From assembly GCA_002407045.1 (NCBI GenBank), contig DHKB01000019.1:2944-66943 (forward strand): 64,000 bases of DNA, given 5' to 3'. Origin of the DNA: Candidatus Bruticola papionis. GTDB lineage: Bacteria; Vulcanimicrobiota; Xenobia; Xenobiales; Xenobiaceae. Below, piece by piece: positions 1 through 8,052 of the stretch. Each line of letters opens with the position of its first letter. Position 1 is the first letter of the stretch. The translations under genes were made by a program, and so were the position numbers. The notes below the pieces were generated by a model. The model saw only the letters and a program-made list of their open reading frames with translations, did not search any database and had not been told where the DNA came from.

Positions 1-641
1 TTCATATAAAGGAAACAAGTAGTTCATATAAACAGCGCCAATTAAAGCGCGTTCCTATTCTGGCAGTAAAAGGCAATCATGAGTTCAAACTTGAAAGAGT
101 AATGTGTGATCGCAAAGTGCAGGCTATATTTACCGATATGGCTTCTACTATGCTTAGTTTAAGAGGGGCTTGGCAAGGGCTATATAGGTTCGCTTGCGGA
201 CAGAGTAGGAATTATTTTCCTTTTTCTTACGAAGAGCTGGCTACCTTTTTAGACGCTTTGCCTCATTACATAACTTTAGAAGGGGGGAATTTGCTCGTTT
301 CTCATGCTGGTTTATGCCAAGATTTGCAAGGCAAAAACAACCAGAAAGCGGCTCACTTTTGTCTTTTTGGTGATGCTAATGGAAAGTTGGATGAAAAGGG
401 CTTTCCGATTCGTCACCATTGGGAAAACTCTTATACTGGAAAAACGCAAGTTGTTTATGGTCATACTCCTGTAGCTGAGCCTTTAAAGTGTGGCAACACC
501 TGGAATATAGATACAGGTTGTGTATTCGGTGGCAGCTTGAGCGCTTTGAGTTATCCTCAGGGCGAGATTACTTCAGTGAAGAGCAGAAAAGTTTACTGCT
601 TTAAAGAGGGCATAAGCAATTTAGGAGCGGGCAAAAAGTAA
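1..641 (+). CDS. PrpE/ApaH-like metallophosphoesterase (bis(5'-nucleosyl)-tetraphosphatase / Ser-Thr phosphatase), 5'-partial at window edge
   Basis: The reading frame stays open to position 3. Upstream it encodes a GNHE motif, and the ORF carries VSHAG, VVYGHTP and NIDTGCVFGG. It is collinear with the C-terminal two thirds of Bacillus PrpE. Confidence 0.8.
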   Translation, partial: HIKETSSSYKQRQLKRVPILAVKGNHEFKLERVMCDRKVQAIFTDMASTMLSLRGAWQGLYRFACGQSRNYFPFSYEELATFLDALPHYITLEGGNLLVSHAGLCQDLQGKNNQKAAHFCLFGDANGKLDEKGFPIRHHWENSYTGKTQVVYGHTPVAEPLKCGNTWNIDTGCVFGGSLSALSYPQGEITSVKSRKVYCFKEGISNLGAGKK

Positions 642-645
642 CTAT

Positions 646-1368
646 ATGAAAAAATCGTTCATAATTATAGATGGAATTAAGGTTAATATTATCCGCAAAC
701 CTATAAAAAGGAGCGTTCTCAAGGTAAATCCTAACAAAGGTGAAGTCTCTGTAAGTGTCTCTGAAGATATTACCGACGAACATTTGCGTTCTATCTTAGG
801 GGATAATTTGCGCTGGATTAAAGAGCGTCTTGCACAACGTTCTGATTCGCGAGCGGTTCCGTTTGTTATTCCTGAAAATGAGGGAGAAGAGGGATTTTGT
901 TATTTTTGGGGTGATAAATGTAAATTAGTTATGCAAAGATCGCCTCTTCGTAGCCGTGTGTATTTAAAAGAAGCTGGCCTTTTGGTTATGGAATTTTCGC
1001 GTTTTCTTTCCGAACAACGAAAAATTACTTTGCTTGATAATTTCTTGCGCTATGAGTTGCAAAATGAATTGAATAAAATTATTCCAGTTTGCCAAGATAC
1101 GACTGAGCTGAAAGCTGACGAATATCGTATAAAAAAGATGACTAGCAGATGGGGTACGTGCAATCTCTACAAAAAGCGTGTTTGGATTAGTCTTAATTTA
1201 GTTTATCGTTCTCGAGATTGCTTGAGGTATGTAGTTATTCATGAGTTAACTCATTTATTGGAAGGGAGTCACAACTATATTTTTAAACGCTACTTGGATA
1301 AGTTCTATCCGGGCTGGCGTGCAATTAAAAAAAAGTTGGCTCTTCCTTTAGGAACAGCTACATCTTGA
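646..1368 (+). CDS. YgjP/DUF45-family zinc metallohydrolase (HEXXH)
   Basis: A C-terminal WGTC...VVIHELTHLLEGSHN motif is typical of the DUF45/WLM-like family. The ATG lies 5 nt after the upstream stop. Confidence 0.75.
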   Translation: MKKSFIIIDGIKVNIIRKPIKRSVLKVNPNKGEVSVSVSEDITDEHLRSILGDNLRWIKERLAQRSDSRAVPFVIPENEGEEGFCYFWGDKCKLVMQRSPLRSRVYLKEAGLLVMEFSRFLSEQRKITLLDNFLRYELQNELNKIIPVCQDTTELKADEYRIKKMTSRWGTCNLYKKRVWISLNLVYRSRDCLRYVVIHELTHLLEGSHNYIFKRYLDKFYPGWRAIKKKLALPLGTATS

Positions 1369-1464
1369 ACTTTAAATAATATCGATGCTTGAATAAAATG
1401 GGAGTGCGCCGCGCTCTACTTTGTGGGTGCCCAATTTATTAAAAACTGGAATGGAAATAAAAAT

Positions 1465-2787
1465 ATGGCTACATTTTCTATCCTTACTTTAGGATGCCGA
1501 GCTAATCAAGCTGATTCTGAGCTATTGGGAGAAGTTCTAAAACGGCATGGGTTTAAGCAAGTCCAAACTAATGAATCGGCTGATTTAGGTATAGTTAATT
1601 CTTGCACGGTAACTGCCGAAGCGGATCGTAAAGCTGGGCAAATGGTGCGGCGCTTGAGCAAAATATGTCGTTTTGTAATGGTGACTGGTTGTGGAGCGGC
1701 AGCCAAGGGTGGTCTGATCACTAAAAATATGCTGGCGGACAATGTGATAATTTTACCTCCAGGACAAAGGGAGAAAATTATGGACTATCTTCCCTTTGCC
1801 GCTATGGAAGTTAAAGTAAATGATCCTGCTGATAGCTCAAAAGAAGAAGCTCAGCATCTCTCTTTTGCACAAGCTAGAGAAGATAGTGTGCAGCATAGAG
1901 CTAGAGCTTTACTGAAGGTACAAGAGGGATGCAACCATATGTGTACTTTTTGTATAGTACCTATGGTGCGTGGCCCTCTAGTTAGCTTTACCCCTGAAGA
2001 GCTTATCCCCAAGGTGAAAAAATTGGCCGAAGAAGGATATAGAGAAGTAGTTTTAACTGGTACTCACTTAGCTTTATGGGGAAGAGATAGTCGCTCGAAG
2101 AAGCAAGCCAAAGCTGAAGGCAAGCCGGAACAAAATTTCGCCGATTTACTGGAAGCCTTAATAAAAAATACTCAAGACGTGCGTTTTAGGATCAGCTCTA
2201 TCGAGCCTATGTCTTTCCCTGAGCGTATTTTAGATTTGATGATTGCTTATCCGGATAGATTATGTCCCCATTTACACTTAGTTATTCAACATGCTAGCGA
2301 TAAAATTTTAGCTGCTATGCATCGAGACTATACTTTAGCTGAGTATGATAACTTGGCAGAAAAGTTTTTAAGAAAAGTTCCTGGAGCTTGCCTAACTACC
2401 GATGTTTTAGTGGGCTTCCCTGGAGAGACAGAAGAGGATATGGATATTCTCTTGAATTATTTGTCGCGACGCAAATTCTACCATTTGCATGTCTTTCCGT
2501 ATTCCAAACGCCAAGGCACTGTAGCATCTGAATTGTCTAATCAAGTTCCGGAACAGGTAAAAAAAGAACGCGTTAGAAAAGTTATAGAACTTGGTGCCCA
2601 AAGTGCAGAAGATGTCTACGATTCTTTTGCAAATACAACACGTAAAGTCTTAGCTGAGCGTCCTTCTGGTCATGAAGGTTTTTTAATAGGTACAGCTGAC
2701 AATTTTTTAACCGTAGAATTTCCCGGAAAGGTTTCCGATATTGGTAAAATCATGCCTATAGAAATTAGGAGGCACAATGAATTTTAG
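1465..2787 (+). CDS. Radical-SAM tRNA methylthiotransferase (MtaB/MiaB family)
   Basis: It has the N-terminal MTTase cysteine triad (TLGCRANQ...NSCTVT) and the radical-SAM CNHMCTFC motif. The likely true start is the internal Met at 1465 (MATFSILTLGC). Confidence 0.85.
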   Translation: MATFSILTLGCRANQADSELLGEVLKRHGFKQVQTNESADLGIVNSCTVTAEADRKAGQMVRRLSKICRFVMVTGCGAAAKGGLITKNMLADNVIILPPGQREKIMDYLPFAAMEVKVNDPADSSKEEAQHLSFAQAREDSVQHRARALLKVQEGCNHMCTFCIVPMVRGPLVSFTPEELIPKVKKLAEEGYREVVLTGTHLALWGRDSRSKKQAKAEGKPEQNFADLLEALIKNTQDVRFRISSIEPMSFPERILDLMIAYPDRLCPHLHLVIQHASDKILAAMHRDYTLAEYDNLAEKFLRKVPGACLTTDVLVGFPGETEEDMDILLNYLSRRKFYHLHVFPYSKRQGTVASELSNQVPEQVKKERVRKVIELGAQSAEDVYDSFANTTRKVLAERPSGHEGFLIGTADNFLTVEFPGKVSDIGKIMPIEIRRHNEF

Positions 2788-4192
2788 ACGTACCAAGATT
2801 GTGGCCACAATAGGGCCAGCTTCTCAAGATGAGCAAATGCTTACCAAATTAGTGAAAGCTGGCATAAACGTAGCTCGTTTAAATTTCTCCCACGGAACTC
2901 ACGAGAGCCATCAAGAGCTTTATAATCGTTTGCGCAAGGTCAGCGCCGAAAATGGGGCTTTTCTTACTATCTTGCAAGACTTGTGTGGCCCCAAAATTCG
3001 TTTAGGCACCATCAAAAATGGAAGCGTTATGGAAGTGGGCCAAACTTGTATATTTACCGCCGAAGAGGTTGAAGGAGATGCTCACCTTATGCATGTTTCT
3101 TACCCTCGCTTGGCAGAGGAAGTACGGCCTGGAAGCATGATTTTGCTTGATGATGGCTCTTTGCAATGTCAAGTAGAAGAAGTAAAAGGTGGCAAGGTTT
3201 ATGCTAAAGTACTAGTCGGTGGCCCTATTAGCTCTCACAAAGGAGTCAATTTACCTGGTACTAAGTTATCGATCGCTTCTCTTACGGAGAAAGATGCCGA
3301 TGATTTGCGCTTCGGCTTAAAAATGGGCGTCGATTATGTCGCTATGTCCTTTGTACGTAGTCCTAAAGATGTGGAACCTGCTCGCAAGATTATGGACGAA
3401 GTAGGTATTCACCGTCCTATTATCGCCAAGATTGAAAAGCCTGAAGCTTTAGATTGTATTGAAGAAATAGTTGAAGCCTTTGATGGCATTATGGTAGCCA
3501 GGGGAGACTTGGGCGTAGAAATGCCTATTGATGATATTCCTGTTGTGCAAAAGCGCTTAATCCATTTGGCTAGGAAAAAATACAAACCAGTCATTTGTGC
3601 TACGCAAATGCTCGACTCGATGATTCGCAACCCGCGTCCTACCAGAGCTGAAGTTACTGATATTGCCAATGCAATTTTTGATGGCGTCGATGCTGTTATG
3701 CTTTCCGGTGAAACCGCTTCTGGCGCTTATCCAGAAGAAGCAGTAACTGTGATGGCTGGTGTAGCAGCTAAAGCCGAAGCTTGTCTTCCTTATGATAAAA
3801 TCTTTACTCTCGATTTTGAAAAAGAGGACCGTCTTGATTTAAGCTGTGATATAGCTTTAAGTGCTTGCGAAATTGCTGAAGCTTCTAAAGCTAAAGCTAT
3901 TTTGGCTTGTACTGCCGAGGGTCATACGGCCAGATGTATTTCTCATTTTAGGCCTCGCACTTTAGTTGTGGGAGTTGCTTACGATGAAACTGTGGCTAGA
4001 CAAATGAATCTTTTCTTTGGCGTAGCTCCAGCTTTAATCAAAAAATCGGAAAATATCGGTGGCATGGTGCTTGGTTCTACTAACGAAGCTTTGCATCGTG
4101 GCTTTATTGATAAGGGCGATAAAGTTATTGTCGTAGCTGGATTCCCTCCGGGTGAACCTACCAACTGTATCTTTGTTAATACTGCCCGTTAA
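2777..4192 (+). CDS. pyk: Pyruvate kinase
   Basis: It opens with RRTKIVATIGPAS and has the NFSHG and MVARGDLG catalytic motifs. It overlaps the upstream gene end by 11 nt. Confidence 0.95.
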   Translation: MNFRRTKIVATIGPASQDEQMLTKLVKAGINVARLNFSHGTHESHQELYNRLRKVSAENGAFLTILQDLCGPKIRLGTIKNGSVMEVGQTCIFTAEEVEGDAHLMHVSYPRLAEEVRPGSMILLDDGSLQCQVEEVKGGKVYAKVLVGGPISSHKGVNLPGTKLSIASLTEKDADDLRFGLKMGVDYVAMSFVRSPKDVEPARKIMDEVGIHRPIIAKIEKPEALDCIEEIVEAFDGIMVARGDLGVEMPIDDIPVVQKRLIHLARKKYKPVICATQMLDSMIRNPRPTRAEVTDIANAIFDGVDAVMLSGETASGAYPEEAVTVMAGVAAKAEACLPYDKIFTLDFEKEDRLDLSCDIALSACEIAEASKAKAILACTAEGHTARCISHFRPRTLVVGVAYDETVARQMNLFFGVAPALIKKSENIGGMVLGSTNEALHRGFIDKGDKVIVVAGFPPGEPTNCIFVNTAR

Positions 4193-4290
4193 GTAGAATC
4201 TTCTAATATACAAATAACCACCATAAAGTTTGTCTAGCAAAATACGTGGTGGTTATTTTTCTACGTATTACATTGTTTTATCATAAAAAA

Positions 4291-4330
4291 TTTTGGCAAG
4301 CCTCCACTCGAAATGGAAGCTTGCCAAAAT
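4291..4330. terminator. Stem-loop between convergent pyk and TPR genes (TTGGCAAGC...GCTTGCCAA), candidate bidirectional terminator
   Basis: A 9-bp perfect inverted repeat with a 17-nt loop is followed by an A/T-rich tract. A weaker CCACCA/TGGTGG+TTATTTTT hairpin lies at about 4219-4260. Confidence 0.5.
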
Positions 4331-4376
4331 AATATCCGGCTCTACCTAAAATGTTGGCTGGATTTGCTTTTTGATT

Positions 4377-5504
4377 TTATTTCTTTAATCTGCTCTCTAT
4401 GCGTTCCAAGTCCATTTTTACCATGGGATGATTGCCATTTATTTGCTTACACTTCATAAAGTGAGCTTGAGCTAATTTCAGATCTTCACGATTCTTATTG
4501 AGATCGTAACGCCTCTCATAACAACATCCTAAGTAGTGCTCTACTTCAGCATTGTTGCCTCCATAAGCTTTGGCCGCTGCCGTTAAGCTTAAAATGGCAC
4601 TTTCGATATCGCCATCACGATAAGCGATTAAACCGGCCCCCAACAAAGCTTGGGGAACAGTAGCATTAAGTTTTAAAGCTTGAGCATACAAGTCTTTGGC
4701 TTTGCTTATACTGCCTGCTTTAAGAGCTTCGTAGCCCTGACCAGCTAAAGCAATGGCTTTGCTATTATCTGAAGTGGCAATAGGTAAATTTCCTAAATTA
4801 CCAACTGGCAAAGCTGCAGAATCTGTTCCGCTCTTAGGCACAAAAGTAGCTTTCGCCAAAGCCTCTTCGATTTTGGCTAATTCGCGTTTAGCAGGCTCGT
4901 GCTTAGAGTCTAATTTAATGCACTCTTTCAAATGATCGCGAGCTAACTCAATTTCGGAGCGCTGCAATTCCAGAAGAGACATTCTGTAATAGCACTCAGC
5001 ACGGCGATAATTTTTCTTCGCTAAGTCTTCGTAAATAGGATAACAATCAATATTGTTACCGGCATCTTGAAGTACGGAAGCTTTGTAAAATTGGGCTTCT
5101 TTATTGTCAGGCTCTAAAATACATACGTTATTGATAAGATCCAAAGACATGGAAAAGTTGCCCAACTTACGGAAAAGCTGAGACATTTGCATGCGGTAGT
5201 CGGTCTTGCGTCCTACGGCCTGGCCGGCTAAATCGCCAACGTAAGCAAAACGTACGGCATCTTCTACTTGTCCGTTGTCTATGCTCCACTTTATGCGTGC
5301 TTCTACGCGTTCAAAAAAGCTCTTATCAATAAGTCTGGTATTGTTCTTTAAGACGGTTGGCCAGGCTTCTACGGGAGCGGAAAACACTCGGCGCAGCATC
5401 AAAACTTGTGAAGCTTCATCGGCAGCTTGAACCGGAGTGGCAAAACTTAGCGATACTCCCAATAATGCAGCTACAGCAAAGCTAGTTGTAAAACGTTTAC
5501 TCAT
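4377..5504 (-). CDS. Secreted TPR-repeat protein
   Basis: An N-terminal signal peptide (AVAALLGVSLSFATPVQAADE) is followed by repeated AxxAxxYY/TPR-like helices. A GAGGAA RBS precedes the ATG. Confidence 0.7.
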   Translation of the reverse strand: MSKRFTTSFAVAALLGVSLSFATPVQAADEASQVLMLRRVFSAPVEAWPTVLKNNTRLIDKSFFERVEARIKWSIDNGQVEDAVRFAYVGDLAGQAVGRKTDYRMQMSQLFRKLGNFSMSLDLINNVCILEPDNKEAQFYKASVLQDAGNNIDCYPIYEDLAKKNYRRAECYYRMSLLELQRSEIELARDHLKECIKLDSKHEPAKRELAKIEEALAKATFVPKSGTDSAALPVGNLGNLPIATSDNSKAIALAGQGYEALKAGSISKAKDLYAQALKLNATVPQALLGAGLIAYRDGDIESAILSLTAAAKAYGGNNAEVEHYLGCCYERRYDLNKNREDLKLAQAHFMKCKQINGNHPMVKMDLERIESRLKK

Positions 5505-5548
5505 AGTGTTCCTCGCACATTATCTTCGCCGTCATGGTTCTCTCTCAA

Positions 5549-5584
5549 AGCCGCTGCCTCCTACCTACAGACCTAGCAGCGGCT
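5549..5584. other. Inverted repeat AGCCGCTGC/GCAGCGGCT downstream of the asparaginase-like gene
   Basis: A 9-bp stem has a 19-nt loop. No clear U-tract follows, so terminator function is uncertain. Confidence 0.3.
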
Positions 5585-5604
5585 AAACATGCTAAAGCTA
5601 TAAA

Positions 5605-6228
5605 TTATATATGCTCTTCCAGTTTGTTGCTTTCCGATTCATGATGCTTGGAGCTCTCATGATGATGCGTCTCTTCAAATTGGCCAATAGAGCGGTTTTT
5701 GCGTACATTATTCCAAGCAAAATAGCGACCATTCATGGCAATATAGACGCCATGGGGCAAAGTTTGCACAAAAGCTAAGGCGCTTCCTAAATTAAAGAGC
5801 CCGTCAGAACTGCCGAAAGCGTATGGGATCATGGCGCCAGTTAAAACGATAGTTTTATTTTTAATGCGCTCACCAAGATACTTGGCTGTTAATTCCATAG
5901 TATCGGTACCGTGAGTAATGACAATGCGCTCATTATCGCTTTTTATACATGAAGAGTAGATAATCTCTCGATCGCTATCGCTCATTTCCAAGCTGTCGAT
6001 CATCATCAAAGTGCGAACTTCTACATTAGTTAAATTTCGCCCTAAGCGCAGCATTTCGTGTAAATGGCTGTCCTGGAAATAAAGCTTTCCGTGCAACTCA
6101 TCATATTCTTTGTCAAAGGTGCCGCCGGTTACAAAGATACGTATATTTTTCATGTTTTTTGTTTTGATACCATCATTCCAGAGCATTAGCGCAAAGTTCA
6201 TTCTAATAAACTTTGCGCCAACGCTCAT
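5605..6228 (-). CDS. Short asparaginase/glutaminase-family protein (N-terminal domain only), His-rich C-terminus
   Basis: An IRIFVTGGTFDK motif (TGGT asparaginase signature) and ITHGTDTM are present. The true start may be the internal Met at 6153 (MKNIRIFVTGGT). Confidence 0.6.
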   Translation of the reverse strand: MSVGAKFIRMNFALMLWNDGIKTKNMKNIRIFVTGGTFDKEYDELHGKLYFQDSHLHEMLRLGRNLTNVEVRTLMMIDSLEMSDSDREIIYSSCIKSDNERIVITHGTDTMELTAKYLGERIKNKTIVLTGAMIPYAFGSSDGLFNLGSALAFVQTLPHGVYIAMNGRYFAWNNVRKNRSIGQFEETHHHESSKHHESESNKLEEHI

Positions 6229-6261
6229 TTATTTATTTTTAGATATGACGTGCGCCCAATA

Positions 6262-7464
6262 TTATTTAAGCGAAGCCATATAGGAAGAAATTCTGTCCAA
6301 GCCTTTGTCTATTAACTCCATACTAGTGGCAAAACTGAGTCTGATATGGTTGGGAGCGCCAAAATCTTCGCCGGGTACGACGGCAACTTGGACATTGTCA
6401 AGCAACGATTCAGCCAGTTCGTGAGCGCTGTTAATCTGGCGTCCTTGATGATCTTTTTTGCCAAAGTAGGCGCTGACATCGGGGAAAGCATAGAAAGCGC
6501 CGGTGGGACGAGGGCATTTTATATTGGGAATTTCCATAATGCGCTCGTAAATATGGGCGGCGCGTTTGGCAAATTCTTTTACCATGTTGGTGACAGAATC
6601 TTGAGGGCCATGCAAAGCTTCAATTAAAGCGGCAAAGTTGCTGGCAGTAATATTGGAAGTCATTTGGCTTTGCAATTTAGTCATACCAGCGATAATTTGC
6701 TCGGAGGCGACGGCATAACCAATACGCCAACCAGTCATGGCATAAGCTTTGCTGACTCCATTTATAGTGACGACACGTTCGCTCAATTCAGGACTAGCGC
6801 AAGCAAAGCTTAAGAATGGATAATCGGCATATGTTAAGCGCTCGTAAATTTCATCGGAAATAACGAAAAGTTGCGGATGTTTGGCAATTACAGCTGCCAA
6901 AGCTTTGATTTCGTCCGGAGTGTAGCTTATACCGGCTGGGTTGGAGGGAGAGCAAAGCAAGAAAACGCGACTCTTAGGAGTTATGGCCGCTTCTAATTGC
7001 TCAGGTGTTACCTTAAAATTATTGTTGGGGTCGGTCTCTATTACTTTGACGACACCACCAGCTAATTTTATATGCTCCGGATAGCTGACCCAGTAAGGAG
7101 AGGGCAAAAGTACTTCGTCTCCGGGATTAACCAAAGTCAAGAAACTGAGAAATAAAGCTAATTTGGCACCGGTGGAAATAATGACGTTTTTAGGGGTTAT
7201 ATCACGATTAAAGCGCTTTTTGAAATAGTCGGCTACTGCTTGACGAGCTTGGATCGTTCCTGGAGTAGCTTCATAGCGAGTGGCTCCGTGATGCAGAGCG
7301 TAGCAAGCGGCTTCAATAATATTCTCCGGAGTAGAAAAATCAGGTTCGCCAGCTCCGAAACTGACAACATCAGCTCCCGCAGCTTTGAGAGCTTTGGCTT
7401 TGGCATTTACCGCCAAAGTAGAGGAAGGCTTAACATTCATTACGCGATTGGATAAAACGGTCAT
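6262..7464 (-). CDS. Aspartate/aromatic aminotransferase (PLP fold type I)
   Basis: Motifs include GEPDF, SKAYAMTGWRIGY (PLP lysine) and NPxG. The start was placed at MTVLSNR (7464), which has an AAGGAG RBS. The upstream 41 codons of the ORF lack an RBS. Confidence 0.9.
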   Translation of the reverse strand: MTVLSNRVMNVKPSSTLAVNAKAKALKAAGADVVSFGAGEPDFSTPENIIEAACYALHHGATRYEATPGTIQARQAVADYFKKRFNRDITPKNVIISTGAKLALFLSFLTLVNPGDEVLLPSPYWVSYPEHIKLAGGVVKVIETDPNNNFKVTPEQLEAAITPKSRVFLLCSPSNPAGISYTPDEIKALAAVIAKHPQLFVISDEIYERLTYADYPFLSFACASPELSERVVTINGVSKAYAMTGWRIGYAVASEQIIAGMTKLQSQMTSNITASNFAALIEALHGPQDSVTNMVKEFAKRAAHIYERIMEIPNIKCPRPTGAFYAFPDVSAYFGKKDHQGRQINSAHELAESLLDNVQVAVVPGEDFGAPNHIRLSFATSMELIDKGLDRISSYMASLK

Positions 7465-7785
7465 ATTATCTCCTTGGTTTCCTATTGTTGACAGCTCTAA
7501 AAAGGTCATCCGAGATCTGCTCTTAGCTTCTGTCTTAAAATTGCTCCTCCCTCTCTTTTTGGCTAAAAAAAAGCCTAAATTAGGCACAAAAAAAACGAAG
7601 TTCGGCTTCTAAATTTTTATATTTAAAATAGTTTAGCAGATTAACCTTTTTTAGCTCCAATTTGCCGGTTGAAAGTAGGAAAACATCTCACTGTGTAATA
7701 TTAACAGGCGGGAACTGCTTCGAGGCGCGGCTCCCTCCGTTTGTGTGGTTATAAGGCTTTGCGCCAAGAGAGGAAATTCAAATAT

Positions 7786-8052
7786 TTGAAAACTAAAGAC
7801 AATGTAATTACAGAAAGCCGTACTTTAGCCGAACTAGTACCTGGAGATACGGCTATTATTGAGACTTTTAAAGAAGTTGGCCCTAATGTGCGTCGCATTA
7901 TGACATTAGGTATCAATGCTGGAGCGACGGTGAAAATGGTACGTCGCGCTCCTCTGGGGGATCCTTTAGAATTTGAAGTTAATGGTTGTTTGCTCACTTT
8001 AAGAAGTGAAGACGCCTCTTCAATCGTTATAGGGAGAATACAACATGACTAA
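7786..8052 (+). CDS. feoA: Ferrous iron transport protein A
   Basis: It has the FeoA SH3-like core (LAELVPGDTAIIE...RRIMTLGINAGATVKMVRRAPLGDP). The start is uncertain: ATG at 7741, or TTG at 7786 with a GAGAGGAAA RBS. Confidence 0.75.
   Translation: MKTKDNVITESRTLAELVPGDTAIIETFKEVGPNVRRIMTLGINAGATVKMVRRAPLGDPLEFEVNGCLLTLRSEDASSIVIGRIQHD

Noticed and set aside
102-641. Suspected N-terminally truncated PrpE phosphatase pseudogene, because motifs I-III are missing from the listed ORF.
   Set aside because: The frame is open back to position 3 and encodes a GNHE motif upstream of the listed Met. The gene simply runs off the 5' window edge.
7588-7785. Looked for a canonical Fur box or riboswitch in the feoABC leader.
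   Set aside because: No GATAATGATAATCATTATC-like 19-mer and no conserved riboswitch-like structure are recognisable. Only the GCCTAAATTAGGC palindrome is reported.
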